62,668 nt of DNA, from contig NKIB01013201.1 in the NCBI GenBank assembly GCA_002256025.1, positions 1 to 62,668 of the forward strand. The letters are read 5' to 3'. Each line of letters starts with the position of its first letter. Position 1 is the stretch's first letter. This stretch comes from Asterionella formosa. Taxonomy: Eukaryota. This document shows, piece by piece, positions 42,797 through 55,778 of this stretch. Under the pieces are notes generated by a model that worked only from the letters and a program-made list of their open reading frames with translations, was not told the DNA's origin and made no database searches. A program made the position numbers and the translations under genes.

Positions 42797-44264
42797 ATGG
42801 CTCCGCTAAGACTCATTCCGCTGATGCTGCTAGCGTCCCCCTCGCACGGACTGGTGCGACCGCGTCCCACGCGCACTAGCAAGGTCACCGCTCTTCGCGA
42901 CGTCTTTTGCGCTGACTTGGCCTCGACTGCGAGCTACCCATCAGAGCACTCAGCCGTTATTGGAGGTGTAAACCACCGTCACAGCGCCAAGGACTGGATG
43001 TACAATGTCCGCTCCCTGCCTCAATCGTCCGTCTTGAGAGATATTCGCAACCCAGTCGTCACGATTGCCGCGTGGTCTGCTTTTGTCAGTGTAATCCACA
43101 AGGTCTTGGCTACTTCATCGACAGCAGCACTCCGAAAAATCGCGGAGAACATGTGCATAGGATCAACTCCCCACAACTTTTTAGTCAGTTCGTTGGGATT
43201 GCTATTGGTTTTCAGAACAAACAGTGCATATCAGAGATTCACTGTAAGTGCACTGCCAGTTTGCAAAGATTCCATGAATCTTCAATGTCAATAATTCAAA
43301 TTCTAACGAAACCTCACAGGAAGGTCGCAAGATATGGGCTGATATCTTGAACATTGCTCGCAATTTATCCCGCATGATTAACTTGTATGAGAACGAAGTT
43401 GGCGGGTCTAGAGCAAAGCGAATCATCAATCTCATTGCTGCGTTTCCTTACCTCCTGCGTCATCATATCCGACCAGGTTGTCTTTGTGGCGATGACTCTA
43501 TCCAGTATGACGCTGAGAACCGCTTGCTCCTTCGTGACCCCTTGATTGAGATGATTGAAACACGTCATGAAGGTGACAAAACTTCCGGTGGTTCAACGCT
43601 ACCATTGGTAGATGGTTCGTACAAGAGATCCAAACGACAATGCTGGGTCGACAAACGAAACCTTCCTTGGTCATTGCTTGAGAAGACTTCGTTGCAAAAA
43701 GTAGCTATTGCACAGAACCGCCCCTTGTGGGTATGTGACAGGATTAGTCGTCAAATTATGTCCATTCCGTACGGACCTAACTTTACTTCACGAGAGCGTT
43801 TGTCACTCTTGGGTCAAGTTGACAAGTTGAATGATTCCATTGGACAATGTGAACGCATTCATCAGACTGCCGTTCCTTTGAATTACGCACGTCACTCGCT
43901 CAGGTCCTTGGCACTCTGGTTGATTACACTTCCCTTTGCTCTCGTTAAGGACCTTGGTTTGCTGACTGCACCATGTATGGCAATCATGGCCTGGGTGCTT
44001 TTTGGCGTGTACCAAATTGGATATTCCATCGAAGATCCTTTCCAAGGAACTTTGCGATTGAGCGTTTTGTCGGATGCCATTCGACGTGACGTGTTGGGAG
44101 ATTCGACGGAACGCCAGAGTGCCTTTTCGTTGGAATGGGACGAGGGCCACACGGAAGTGCACGATGATTTAATTCCACAGCCAGATTTGGTGTTTCCTTT
44201 GATGACGCCAAAGTTGATTCAAGAAAATGGATCGTGGAATATTGTTGGGGTGGTAAAGGCATAG
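42797..44264 (+). CDS. Bestrophin/UPF0187-family anion channel, probably plastid/thylakoid; intron 43244-43319
   Basis: 'LGLLLVFRTNSAYQRFT|EGRKIW', 'CERIHQTAVPLNYARH', 'IEDPF'. Signal peptide 'MAPLRLIPLMLLASPSHG|L' followed by a basic transit-like stretch. Confidence 0.9.
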
Positions 44265-47200
44265 ATTTTATCTGATGCGCAACAGTTTGAATATATGGAA
44301 AAAAGTGAACATTGGGCTACCAAAGTCCCCATTATAGAAAAATAGAAAATAGAATAGAAATGTCAATAAAATTTTGCTAAAATTGTTTCTTTGATTTTTT
44401 AGTGGACTTTGCATAGAAGATTAAATGTCTATCAGTTTACTTTAAACAATCATATCGATAACACATTCACTTGAAGAAAAAGTTCAACGATGTCTGTCAG
44501 ATTTCATTTTTAAGGACTCACATAAGCTTATCGTCATGGCAAACTCTTGCTTGGGATCACCATACCGTAGGTGGGTGTGTACCTCTGAACTTGTGCACAT
44601 AGAACACTACCGGTACTAAGTTATTTTGCAAGTTCCCGCCAGTAGTTTTAGCCACTCCTCTATGATACATACTGTTTACGGGTAGAATACGATACATGAT
44701 TACAATTGCTTCTTGTTTCAGATGACGATAGCAAACAGGAAGCCACCACCTCATCATTTCAGCCTGACCATCATGGGTCTCAGACACGGGAAGTACCGGT
44801 AAACAGACATAAAATTTCTAGGCTTAGAATTCCTGCAGTCAGGACCTACAATTATCCACTCCAGCACTCCGTCTAGACAATTATGTACCGGTAGGAGTTC
44901 TTGGGTTACATACCCAGGGTATTAAAAAACAAGAGCAAGAAAAGTTGATCTGTCACAATTGTTCCATTCACCCAAAAGGCTGTCGCCACCATATCCTACA
45001 TAAAATCCCGATACTGCCGATTTTACTTCCTGCTGTCCAGTCCATTGCTCTTGGCACGACCAGTGCTCCGCCCAAATCTGGAGACGTATTTGTTGTACCA
45101 ACAGACACCTTTCGTCATGATTTTGTCAATTTACCGATAAGAGAAAAATATGGATGATCACGTTTTTACTAGCTAATTTACATGATAGCAACACACTTAC
45201 TATGTATAGCCCAAATTTCAATTCATGATGTATGCAGTATATTACCTGCCACCGTCTTTTCCATTATAGTTAGTAGCAACAGCATGCTCAGTGACTAACA
45301 AGGTTCCATTCCTTTTCTTTTAAGAAGCCCTCTATGCATAGAAGGACTATGAATTTTCTAAACAAGACATTTCAAGCGACAGGTGCATTGGTTGATTTTT
45401 AGTAGGTTTAGGTGAGGACAATGCAAAATAGTGATATATATATAAATGGGTCATTTAAGGCTATTGATCTTTGTTGGCCAGGGTACTGACCTGTATTGGC
45501 ATGCGAACTATCAGATATTAGCACCAATGAGAAATAGCTAAATAAACTAGCTAAAAAGGATGCATTTTTACTAGACAAACAAATTATTCCACAGAGGATG
45601 TCAAATAATATAGCCAATGTTTCTTGCAAATCCGGATTTATGATGAGCTGGCCATCCATGTCAGCACTCTCATCAGACTCCCTTTTGAGGTCGCAAAGTG
45701 AGCAATCAACAATGCATTGATGTTGTTCAGGTGTCAAATCCTTCATCTATTGCCTATCGGCAGTAAGCAAAGGGTCAAGAAAAAAGGGGGAGCCTGGAGC
45801 CAACATTCCCAAGGGGAAACATTTCTATAAAGAAAGAACCCAAAACCCCGAGGTCATGTTCTCCTTTTTCTAGAAAACTTAGACCACATATTATATGCAC
45901 CATTTGATTTGTAATAACTTTTTTAATAGGTGGGGCTGTGTGCTGGATTATTATTGGAGCATGCATTTCGTGAGAGGCAGTGACCTAAAGTTTGGTTGCA
46001 ATTACGCACTGGTATGCTGGAACAGAGGGAGTAGCTTGTTTTGATGAAAATGTAACTTTGTCAGACATTTAGAATTTCAGGTAAGTATTTCAGGGATGCA
46101 TCCTGTTACAGGGAGGATGCTCAAGAAATGCTTACCGGAAATTCTATGCTTTTAATGAAGTTACATTATCATGATACCTGAATGCAACCCCCAAATATCT
46201 CGTGTACTCACAATTGGGAGAGTATTTTAGGACTTCGTGTTCCAATCTCCAATCCGAAGGCCAAAATGTGATGTAAGTGCCCTGGCAACTGAATCCTTTC
46301 TGCACACAACAAGTGCTCCATGTGAATGCTATATCTTAGTACCAGGTACCCTGGTACATACATAGCATACCAGCCACCATGACTTGTACCGGTATGTACA
46401 TGGTATAATTCATAATCAAACCGCAATGATACAGTAATGCTGGATGAATTTAAATTCCGGTAACGTGTTCATTTAGACTTACAATATAACAATGCATGAA
46501 ATCGTAAATACGTAGTATGAGAAGGCATACCGGTAACAGTGTTACATTTTGGTGTTCCCATTTTGATGGAAATGGTATGTACAACAAAAAATTTCGAACA
46601 AAAAAGTCGTTCCTATTTCGCGGTACCTGGAACGGTACCGGTAGTCGATCATTTTCAATATCGAAATGACCAGTGTGCATATCCGTAACCGGTACTGGTA
46701 GCATTCTTCAAATGACCTGGTGTTAGATGATGACGTGATGACCATGTCCAATTGCACATGTATTTTATTTTACCGGTATATTTAAACTTTTATATAGCTA
46801 TGCCGGCATGTTTATCAACGGCAATCAGGCGACACAATTACCGGTATGCAAGTTCCACATAGAATATACATGCGATTGATTTTTATACTCTATGCCAACA
46901 ATCAGTTATTTCCAGTGCCATGCAGTATTGGTAAAGGACCTATTCCGCGGTCGTAGAAAGAGTACCAATCAGTACTCAGTATACCGGTACCTACGTAGGG
47001 CGAAAGAGAACCTATAAAATAACGTGGTACCTTGGTACCTGGTACCGGTACGCATGATCTACACACACACCGCAGCTCCCACAATGAAATTCTAAATTCC
47101 AATCACATCAACGATTTTGCAGTTTTGCTCATCTCAATTGCGGTGGACTAGTATCGGTACCTGGTACCGATAGTCTATTGCTGGTCATCCAATCAGTTAC

Positions 47201-47293
47201 CCTCTCTACGTAGCACCGGCAAGTGGTCCATCTCGCTGATCGATTCTCTCATATCATTGCTTCGGACAAAACCGTTCGAAATTAGATTATAGA

Positions 47294-48823
47294 ATGAAAG
47301 TTCCACCATCTTGGTCAGCAACCGCGTCGCTCTTCGCGCTCGTGATCTTATCCTTGCATCATAGCGTGCACAGCAAAGTCGCCAAAAACCTTCGCAATGT
47401 CAGTCCATTGGAGGCTTTACCAGCCAAGAAACTTATCCAAATGCCCTTGATTCCTCATCACGTGCGTATCAAGGATACGGACTATTCTGTGCAAGGCGAC
47501 GACGAGGAGGGCCAGGGTCGACGCAGACGTCGTCGCTTGGACCGGCCGGACACGAACTGGACCAGCCCTCATGGGGAAAACGGCGAAACAGACCCCTTTG
47601 GCTACTCAATTGATGCCCTCTATCAGGGATATGGAACTCATTATGTGGATCTCTGGGTGGGAACACCTCCTCAGCGTCAAACGGTCATTGTGGATACTGG
47701 GAGCAGTGTGACGGCGTTTCCATGTCAGGATTGCAACAATTGCGGAGTGGGGTATCACATCGATCAGTACTTTCAAGAAGACTTGTCCGCCACATTCAAG
47801 GAGGTTTCTTGTGAGAACTGTTTCCTCAGTCAATGCGTCAATGGAGCACTGTGCGAGCTTTCCGTCAGTTACCAGGAAGGAAGCAGTTGGATGGCATTTG
47901 AAGCGTTGGACAAGGTCTATACGGGCGGACCACATGACGAAGCACTCGAAGATTCTAAAGATGCCTTCGAAATGCACTTTGGCTGCCAGACTCATTTGAC
48001 TGGACTGTTCAAGACACAACTTGCTGATGGGATCATGGGGATGGAAATGTCGTCCTCCTCCTATTGGAATCAATTGTTTGATGCTAACGTTATGGAGAGT
48101 GAGCAATTCTCATTGTGTTTTTCACGCGCGCCACTGGCCAGTAAGGAAGGTACGCTAGCTGGTGCCATGACCTTGGGAGGAACGGACGGGCGTTTGCATA
48201 AAACGAAAATGGTGTTTGCGGCTCAAAGCAATGTCAAGGGTTGGTTTATTGTCAAAATCAAAAACATCTTTCTTCGTAGTGGTGGCGGCGAAAGTGTCGA
48301 GTCTACAAACCTTGACGCAAAGACGCTCCGTGTTGAGTTAACACCAGAGTCCTTGAATAATGGTGATGTCATTGTCGATAGTGGTACGACAGATACGTAT
48401 CTAACAACTAGATTGGCTGTTCCTTTCAATGAACAGTGGAAAAAAATTGTTGGAGCTCGATTCAATAATTCCCCTCAATCCCTGACGGAAGAGGAGGTTC
48501 TTCAACTTCCCACTATTCTCTTCCAATTAGAGGCCACCGCCAATGAAGACCCCACTTCAGAGGGACTCGCTGGATCCCTGGATGACAAGAACCCCTATGA
48601 TATTATTGTCGCCATGCCACCAACGCATTACATGGAATACAGTGCCAAGGAAGAAAAGTATACTGCCCGCATTTACTTTGATGAAGGCAGGGGTGGTGTT
48701 TTGGGAGCAAACTTTATGATGGGACATGAAATCTTCTTTGACGTAGAAGGCCAACGGCTGGGATTTAGCGAATCGTCATGTGACTTTGCAACGGTTGCTG
48801 CAGTAGAAACGAGTGGAAGGTAA
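47294..48823 (+). CDS. Secretory A1-family aspartic protease (plasmepsin V/ASP5-like features)
   Basis: Catalytic 'IVDTGS' and 'IVDSGT', flap 'SYQEGS', 'FGCQ', 'ADGIMG', 'VLGANFM'. Signal peptide and a polybasic propeptide 'RRRRRRL'. Confidence 0.92.
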   Translation: MKVPPSWSATASLFALVILSLHHSVHSKVAKNLRNVSPLEALPAKKLIQMPLIPHHVRIKDTDYSVQGDDEEGQGRRRRRRLDRPDTNWTSPHGENGETDPFGYSIDALYQGYGTHYVDLWVGTPPQRQTVIVDTGSSVTAFPCQDCNNCGVGYHIDQYFQEDLSATFKEVSCENCFLSQCVNGALCELSVSYQEGSSWMAFEALDKVYTGGPHDEALEDSKDAFEMHFGCQTHLTGLFKTQLADGIMGMEMSSSSYWNQLFDANVMESEQFSLCFSRAPLASKEGTLAGAMTLGGTDGRLHKTKMVFAAQSNVKGWFIVKIKNIFLRSGGGESVESTNLDAKTLRVELTPESLNNGDVIVDSGTTDTYLTTRLAVPFNEQWKKIVGARFNNSPQSLTEEEVLQLPTILFQLEATANEDPTSEGLAGSLDDKNPYDIIVAMPPTHYMEYSAKEEKYTARIYFDEGRGGVLGANFMMGHEIFFDVEGQRLGFSESSCDFATVAAVETSGR

Positions 48824-49413
48824 GGTATTGATTATTTCGTGACCCAAAAAGAGTGGCGGGAGCATAGCATCCTTGTATAACTACGCCTAGAAAAATATTA
48901 GATTGGATGCGAAAAAGAACATGCCGAGTACACATCTGTTCAATTTCAATATTCATTACATTCTTGTAGGTCGCAAACTGTTGATTCTAAACCGGTGAGA
49001 TCATAATCCCATTGGCTAGTACATTCCCTTTCCTCTGAATATTTCGACCTGCCATCCTGTATGCTAGGAACAGAGTCAAAAGGGGTACATTTGTTTCCGA
49101 GTCGTTTCAATCCTGTATCACATGATCGAACAATGATGCCTGATTGAATGCACCTGAAATACTGCAACATGTATCTAGCTAGCTACCTAAACTCACACTT
49201 TGTCCTGATTCATTTTCATTCAAAGAAAATGGGAGCCAAAAACAGGCAGAAGTAGTAGTTCAACAAATGTTATTTTACTTGGTGCAGTTGCCTAGTAGTA
49301 ATGATGAAATGTTGGTAAAAGCTTGCTGATTCCAGACTAGTCCTTGCTGATATATGTCTGTATAGAAGAACTAGATATATCGGCTGCCTCTACTAGAACT
49401 ATTGTTTAGCTAG

Positions 49414-49479
49414 CTGAATGATTGCTCAGTTGGTATAGCATTCCTTCCAAGGTGATGGGTTTGATTCCTGCATTCTCCA
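49414..49479 (+). pseudogene. Degenerate tRNA-like sequence (Gly-TCC-like) or SINE head
   Basis: A-box/D-arm-like 'ttgctcagttggtatagca', 'ccttccaagg' anticodon hairpin, T-arm-like 'gggtttgattcc' (TTCGA changed to TTTGA), and gaatg/cattc acceptor-stem pairing. Too short and imperfect to be a functional tRNA. Confidence 0.5.
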
Positions 49480-51160
49480 CCTGCTTTCCTTCTTTTTGAT
49501 GTAGTCCTTAGGGTTCTGGGTGTGTGGCTACTGAACAAAAAAGACAGGTCTCATTATATTGTACGGATAAATGAAACGAGTACTGATCTTTGCATTCCAG
49601 TGCCCAAAGTCATTATAATTGTTGGGATGATACTGGGTTGGTAAGTAAGTATATTTACACCAGGGCTGGCAATGCCAGGAATCGCTACTTGGTCTACCCT
49701 TCTAACAAATGAGTAGTCTTAAAGTGCTTACTTATATAAGTGACATTAATTTTTAGAACTAGTGTTTACTTGAAGCACTTACAATCATCCTGAGTCACCT
49801 AGCGGTATACAACTATCAGAGGAACATTTAAGAACAATGCTAACCAAGAAAGTGGGAGCTATAAATAGCTTCAATCTCAACTAGCTCTGTCAATAAGTAG
49901 AGGGCATCATCCATACCACTAATAGCGACTAACAGTGATAGCCTGGATTAAAATGGTGTTCATTTCCAAGAAATCATGGAACAGTCAAGAACACCTCCTA
50001 GCTGGTTAGTAATGAGGACTAGCTTGAATAGTTGAATAGGATTTATTCTTTAGTCAAGTGCATCTAGTAGGTCTGACAGTCTCTGAGGTCTAAATGGATT
50101 AAATTTGGTTAAGGAAGGCAATCAAATGTGTCTGAACCAGCCAGTTCAAGTTAGGAACCCAGCAAAAACACACTTCACTTCATCTGAAACAACATGAATA
50201 AGCTTTTAACCATGTAGCAAATCAAAGTTCATTTGGATTATTAATGAGAACATAATTTTATATTAGTAAAACAACTGAAACAATAGACCTGTTGTTCTGT
50301 TCTAGTACATTTGTCAATGAAATTTTTATACGATTTCTTCTGACTGATAGTGTGTCCTGGAAGTCTGGCAGAGCCGAAGAATTATGAAGGCAATTACAAC
50401 ATTACGTAACTAATATGGATCCCTTCTGAAGCGAAGCACACTTTCTTTGTTGCTCGCCACCGGCCTGGCGAGCAACGAAAGCAATCATCAGGTGGGCACC
50501 ATTCAACGGAATATATTTGAATAACAAAGATACTACTTACTGTATGTAGCTCTGCTGTGAGTGCAGCAATAGCTACCGGGTATTTGTTGGTACATGGGCA
50601 ATCCCATTGTTGGTTGGCATCAAGCCGATGACTGCAACGTGACGACTTTTTATCACTGGTGTCAACAATTCTTGACATCACCTTGTCACCTGAATTTGGA
50701 GGTTAATGTAACAGACGAAATACCACTGGCTATATAGGGCAAATAAGCAAAGCGGAGCAGGCGATTCTGTTTCACTCCATTGCAACTAATTAATCATACC
50801 GGTAATACATATTTGCTGATGGCAGCATTACTCCCCAGTACTATGACATACCATCAGCTACCAGGGTACTTCCGATAACAGAGTACTCTACTCGACTACT
50901 CCGTACATCAGCTCTTTCGCTTCTGTCCTACCGAGTACGAGGTACCAGGGTAACGACAATCGGCGATATCCAGGCGATGAAGCAAAGGTTCAAGGGCAAG
51001 GTGTCAAGAGTGTCAGCATTGGGAAGCCTTATAATTTCAAATGCAACGGCGATAGCTCACATTTTGCAGTCAAGTCAATTCCCTACTCAAAATATACCTT
51101 TCCTGACTGTACAGTTGGATATCTCTCGCGACCGCGATCAAGCCGATACAAGACTACAAG

Positions 51161-52045
51161 ATGAAACTGTCCATCCTTTTCCTTCTTCCTGCCATGTCCA
51201 TGGCATTCGCACCTTTGCAAATCCGGGCTTTGCCCAAAACAATTGCCAAGAACCAAGTGACTTCGATTGTTGACACCATTAACACCAAGGCCGAAGACAC
51301 AATCGGCAAAGCTGACGACTTGCTCATTTCTCGAGCTATGCGTTTCGCAGACCATGCTCCAATCCTCTTCACACTCAAGGCTTTAGTTGACAAGGCCGGC
51401 GCCTCGAGGTGGGGAATCGACGTTGCTCCTTCGGCTTTTTCCGGAGTTGGGACAGCCCTTTCTATTCCCACATCTGTTTTCAACATTTGGGCCTTGATTT
51501 GTGTCTGCCAACTTGCTTCGGTAGCAAAATCGGCATTGGCCGATGGCGGAAATGAACTGTCCCAAGCAGACATTACTGCTACTGCGATTGCCAATATCAT
51601 GGCTACCACTGCTATTGGATCTGCCACTCCACTTCGTTCCACAGCTCTCACGGCTCTCATGTCGGGCTATGCCCTTCGCAGGAATGGAGCCGATGGAGCC
51701 GTCACGATTCACAAGGCTCCTTTGCAACTCATGTCCTCGTTCACTACAGTTTTAACTGTGTTGGGAGGAGTCTCGGCATTGGCTGCAAGGTTACCCATTC
51801 TCAATGGACGCACTGAAATTGTCTCCACATTAGGAGTGGGTGCGTACTATGTTTTGGCTACTCGAAATGGCAATGGCACTGTCAAAAAGGCTGTCAATGC
51901 CGGCGTTCTTGGAGGGATCTTGTACGCTCGCTTGGCTGCATCTGGCATTGCTCTCACGACCAGTTCGCTCCTGAGCGTTTCGCTTGTTGCAACTCTCTAT
52001 GTTGCATATGAAGCTGCCAAAAAGCTCAAAAATGCAATTGCCTAA
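51161..52045 (+). CDS. Plastid-targeted multi-pass membrane protein of unknown function
   Basis: Canonical bipartite presequence 'MKLSILFLLPAMSMA|FAP'. Intact 294-aa Ala-rich ORF with several hydrophobic segments. No family recognised. Confidence 0.8.
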   Translation: MKLSILFLLPAMSMAFAPLQIRALPKTIAKNQVTSIVDTINTKAEDTIGKADDLLISRAMRFADHAPILFTLKALVDKAGASRWGIDVAPSAFSGVGTALSIPTSVFNIWALICVCQLASVAKSALADGGNELSQADITATAIANIMATTAIGSATPLRSTALTALMSGYALRRNGADGAVTIHKAPLQLMSSFTTVLTVLGGVSALAARLPILNGRTEIVSTLGVGAYYVLATRNGNGTVKKAVNAGVLGGILYARLAASGIALTTSSLLSVSLVATLYVAYEAAKKLKNAIA

Positions 52046-52566
52046 AAGAAATGTTCTGTTGTAAGTAATTGATGAGGGTTGCAACCCGATATTGTTGATG
52101 CATTTTATAATGAACTTTTAAGAAATAGATAATTTGCAAAGTGATTTACAATCATTCGTTCAATGATAGTCTACATTTGGAAACAGAAATAGTATCATTG
52201 AACTGGTGCGCTACTATATAATCCGTGACTTCACGGTGGAGGAGGCGAACACTTATTTTGCCAGAACCTTTGATAACAGGGAGAACAGTCGCCCTCATGA
52301 CGACTCCTTTTTGATTCTACGATCTGATGCAACGATATCCATCGCGTTTTACACTTGTCGAATTGATCAGGCACTTTTGTCTGCAAAAAAGAGGAATGAA
52401 TCAAAACTATGTAATTCCAGAATTGTGTCCAGGATGAAGTGCAATCATTACCACTTTTTCCAAAGCAAAAAAAGATGCCTTGTGCAGCAACAATGATCAA
52501 GTGAATTGAAAATCTCTATCGAACTCTTTTTCATTTTCTAGTAATGAAAACTTTGGTATTTACTTC

Positions 52567-54221
52567 TTACAACTGACTCAACACTTCATCGGCAATAGCA
52601 ATTGTCTTTTCAATGTCTGCATCAGTGTGTGCAACTGACATGAAACCTGCCTCGTACATTGAAGGTGCCATGTACACTCCTCGCTCCAACATCATACGGT
52701 GCCACTTGCCAAACTTTACTCCGTCTGACTTGGCAGCATCACCAAAATTCTTCACTTCTCCATCAACAAAGAACCATCCAAACATACCTCCGGCAACACC
52801 TCCCGACATGGCGTGTCCGTGTTTTTTGGCAGCCGCAGTGATCCCATCGACCAACTTTTGTGACTTGCGCTCTAATTCAGCATAGACACCAGGTTGTTGC
52901 AATTTCTTCAAGGTTTCAATGCCAGCGGTCATGGCAAGCGGGTTTCCGGACAATGTTCCTGCTTGGTACATGGGACCAGCAGGGGCAACCCATTCCATAA
53001 TGTCACGGCGTCCGCCGTAGGCTCCAACAGGTAGTCCTCCTCCAATAACCTTACCCATAGTGGTAACATCCGGAGTCACACCGAAATATTCCTGAGCACC
53101 TCCGTATGCCACACGGAATCCAGTCATGACTTCGTCAAAGACCAAGAGAGCACCACCTTCGGTGGCAATTTCCCGGAGTCCTTGCAAAAAGGCCTTATCG
53201 GGCTTGATAAAACCTGAGTTTCCAACGACAGGTTCCAAGATAATGGCGGCGATCTCGTCCTTGTTTGCCGCCATGATGGCTTTGACAGATTCCAAATCAT
53301 TGTAAGTTGCACACAGTGTGGCCTGGGTAGCCGACTTTGGGACACCAGGAGAGTCCGGAAGTCCGAGAGTAGCAACTCCAGACCCAGCTTGGACAAGGAA
53401 GGAGTCTGCATGTCCATGGTAGCATCCTTCGAACTTGATGACCTTTTCACGTCCAGTATATGCCCGCACCAATCGGATCATTCCCATACAAGCTTCGGTC
53501 CCCGAGTTGGTGAATCGGACCATCTCGACGGACGGAACAGCGGCAATGACCATTTTGGCCAATTCATTCTCCAACGCGCATGGCGCTCCGAAGGATGTTC
53601 CCTTTTGCATCGTTTTGTAGACAGCCTCCAAAACCTCGTCATCGGCATGTCCAAGAATTGCCGGTCCCCACGTACAAACGTAGTCAATGAACTTGTTGCC
53701 ATCCACATCCCAGGCGTAGGCGCCCTTGACACGGTCAAAGACTATGGGATTTCCTCCCACTGATCGGAAGGCACGGACAGGAGATGAGACACCGCCAGGC
53801 ATCAACTGTAGGAATAAGTGTGAAGGTATAATAGTGCGGAGCATAGTAATTGAGTTAGAAGAACAGGCGGAGGAGTGTGCCACAACGAGAAAGAAACGAA
53901 TAACTTGTACGTGCTGCAATCGAAACTGGACAGAACTGCACCAAGTAGTTACCATGATGTCCCATCTAGATGAATGAAAAGGAAACAATACACTACCGAT
54001 ATACTGGTTGCATAACAACGAATCACAATACATCAGATCCGACCTGATCTTGTAGTACGCACATTCTTGGCTTCCGCAAAAATCTCTTCACTCTTGGCAA
54101 ACGTGTAGACTTTTTCCGCGGTACTCTTCAAGCTGACGGGAGTACGAGGAGCTCCAAAGGTAGGAGAAAAGGCGGCGACTGAGCCAAGCAACAAGAGAGC
54201 AGAAGCAAGTGAGAACTTCAT
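52567..54221 (-). CDS. hemL: Glutamate-1-semialdehyde 2,1-aminomutase, plastid; intron 53806-54062
   Basis: '[13 protein letters not shown]', 'NSGTEACM', 'FDEVMTGFR', '[18 protein letters not shown]', '[10 protein letters not shown]'. Exon 1 carries '[20 protein letters not shown]'. Confidence 0.96.
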
Positions 54222-55687
54222 GGTGAATCGATGATGTGAAGAAATGTGCAACAACAGTTCTTCGAAGCTGATTATATGATGTACGAGTATGATTTCACTA
54301 CTGATATTACATTCAGATATCCCTTTGTTGTTGAAGTCCCCTGCAGCATCAGCAATCAGGTCATACTACCGGTATATGATGTAGGAAGAGGTACGCGCAG
54401 ACGAGGAGGGAATTCCACTGATGGGCAGGTTCCACATCCGAGGCTCCACGTGTACGGTTTGGTTCTTACCTGCTACAGTGCAACGTGCTCGGTCTGTGGC
54501 TTTTTTCGTTTTGCTTATGCTTCATATCGATTCGATGCTTGGAGAATGAAGAATTCCATGATGAAGAAGATTCTCCATACGCTGGTGACGTCATAAAACC
54601 AAGGAATACGGAACTTCAACTTAGGTGGTGATTCAAACCGAATGGATATAGAATCCAAGGTACTACATACTCCTACAGAAAGAGCATCTCACCTGGGGGT
54701 AATGCCATAGAGCTAACCCATTCATTGTTCACCACATCATACTCCATCTTCCAACTATAGACTAATCAAGTGATTGTATGCATATGAATCTAATTTGAAG
54801 AAAGTATGAACTGTATTATTAGGTTAGACAATGCATTCTACTTCATTAGTAGTAACAAGCAAGTACTCAGGAGTTTTGCTGAGGATTTTAGCCATGAAGA
54901 TCTTAGTTTTAAGGTTGTCTCATATTATTTATTCATGTGAACAACACTTGCAATGAAACCATTGATTTTTTTCAAATTGCACTAGTATGAAAACATTTTC
55001 AGTCCCTGCTGTGTTTTATTCTTTGCAGTGTGGTTCATCAGAGAATTCATGATTATGAATGCATGATGCTGATGCATTTATTTTGATTGTTGCAGAGTCT
55101 CAAAACCACATCACAGAGTGGTGGATTGGTAACAACACAGAGACTGGATCAAGTCTTGTAAGTAGCACCTAACTGAGATTTTTCACCATTGAATTTACCC
55201 CCTTATTTACATATGCCACACTGGTAGCTAGCAGCAACAGAAAAATGACGTCCTAGCTACTAGTGACTTTTGGCTATATTTAATAATCTTTTGCAAATAA
55301 AACTAAAATAATATCTAGCTGAAGAAAATTGTCATAATATCTGTATACATATACACATGTGAAAGATGATGCAGATTTAATGGAACAAAGGTGATAATAT
55401 CCAATTTTCTCGATTTTGTTTTGGCAGCAACCTTTGGACAACCATAATAAGTATGTACCAAAGAATACAATGCAAAAATACAATTATGGAAGTATTTTAA
55501 GTGGCTAAATAATTCTGAATAATTCTTCAAAACCATAATTATTATTTTATCTTGTGGTTAACTAATTTCAAAATGCATGCTGTTTAAGAATTAGTTTAGC
55601 AGTGAGGTCCAGCCTACCACCACCAGTAGACTACCAGGCCAGGTACCAGTATGTTAATGTTGATTTCTATGCAACCACTATACTTCT

Positions 55688-55778
55688 AAGTTGTGTTGAT
55701 TGTGCTGAAACTGAAAATTTAGCTATCTTTATCTCATATTAAATTGTTTATTGAAGCAAAATGACTGCAACTTGCTGG
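55688..55778. mobile_element. ~90-bp MITE, decayed (CpG-mutated) copy
   Basis: 'aagttgtgttgattgtgctgaaactgaaaattt...tctttatctcatatt...agcaaaatgactgcaacttgctgg' is colinear with 59203-59292. Confidence 0.75.

Noticed and set aside
45408..45966. ORFs in the CpG-poor block as genes
   Set aside because: Short, no recognisable motifs, and set in decayed sequence. Probably a relic, but the family cannot be assigned.
53806..54033. N-terminal extension of the 488-aa hemL ORF
   Set aside because: It lies inside the GT-AG intron 53806-54062. The real N-terminus with the plastid presequence is in exon 54221-54063.
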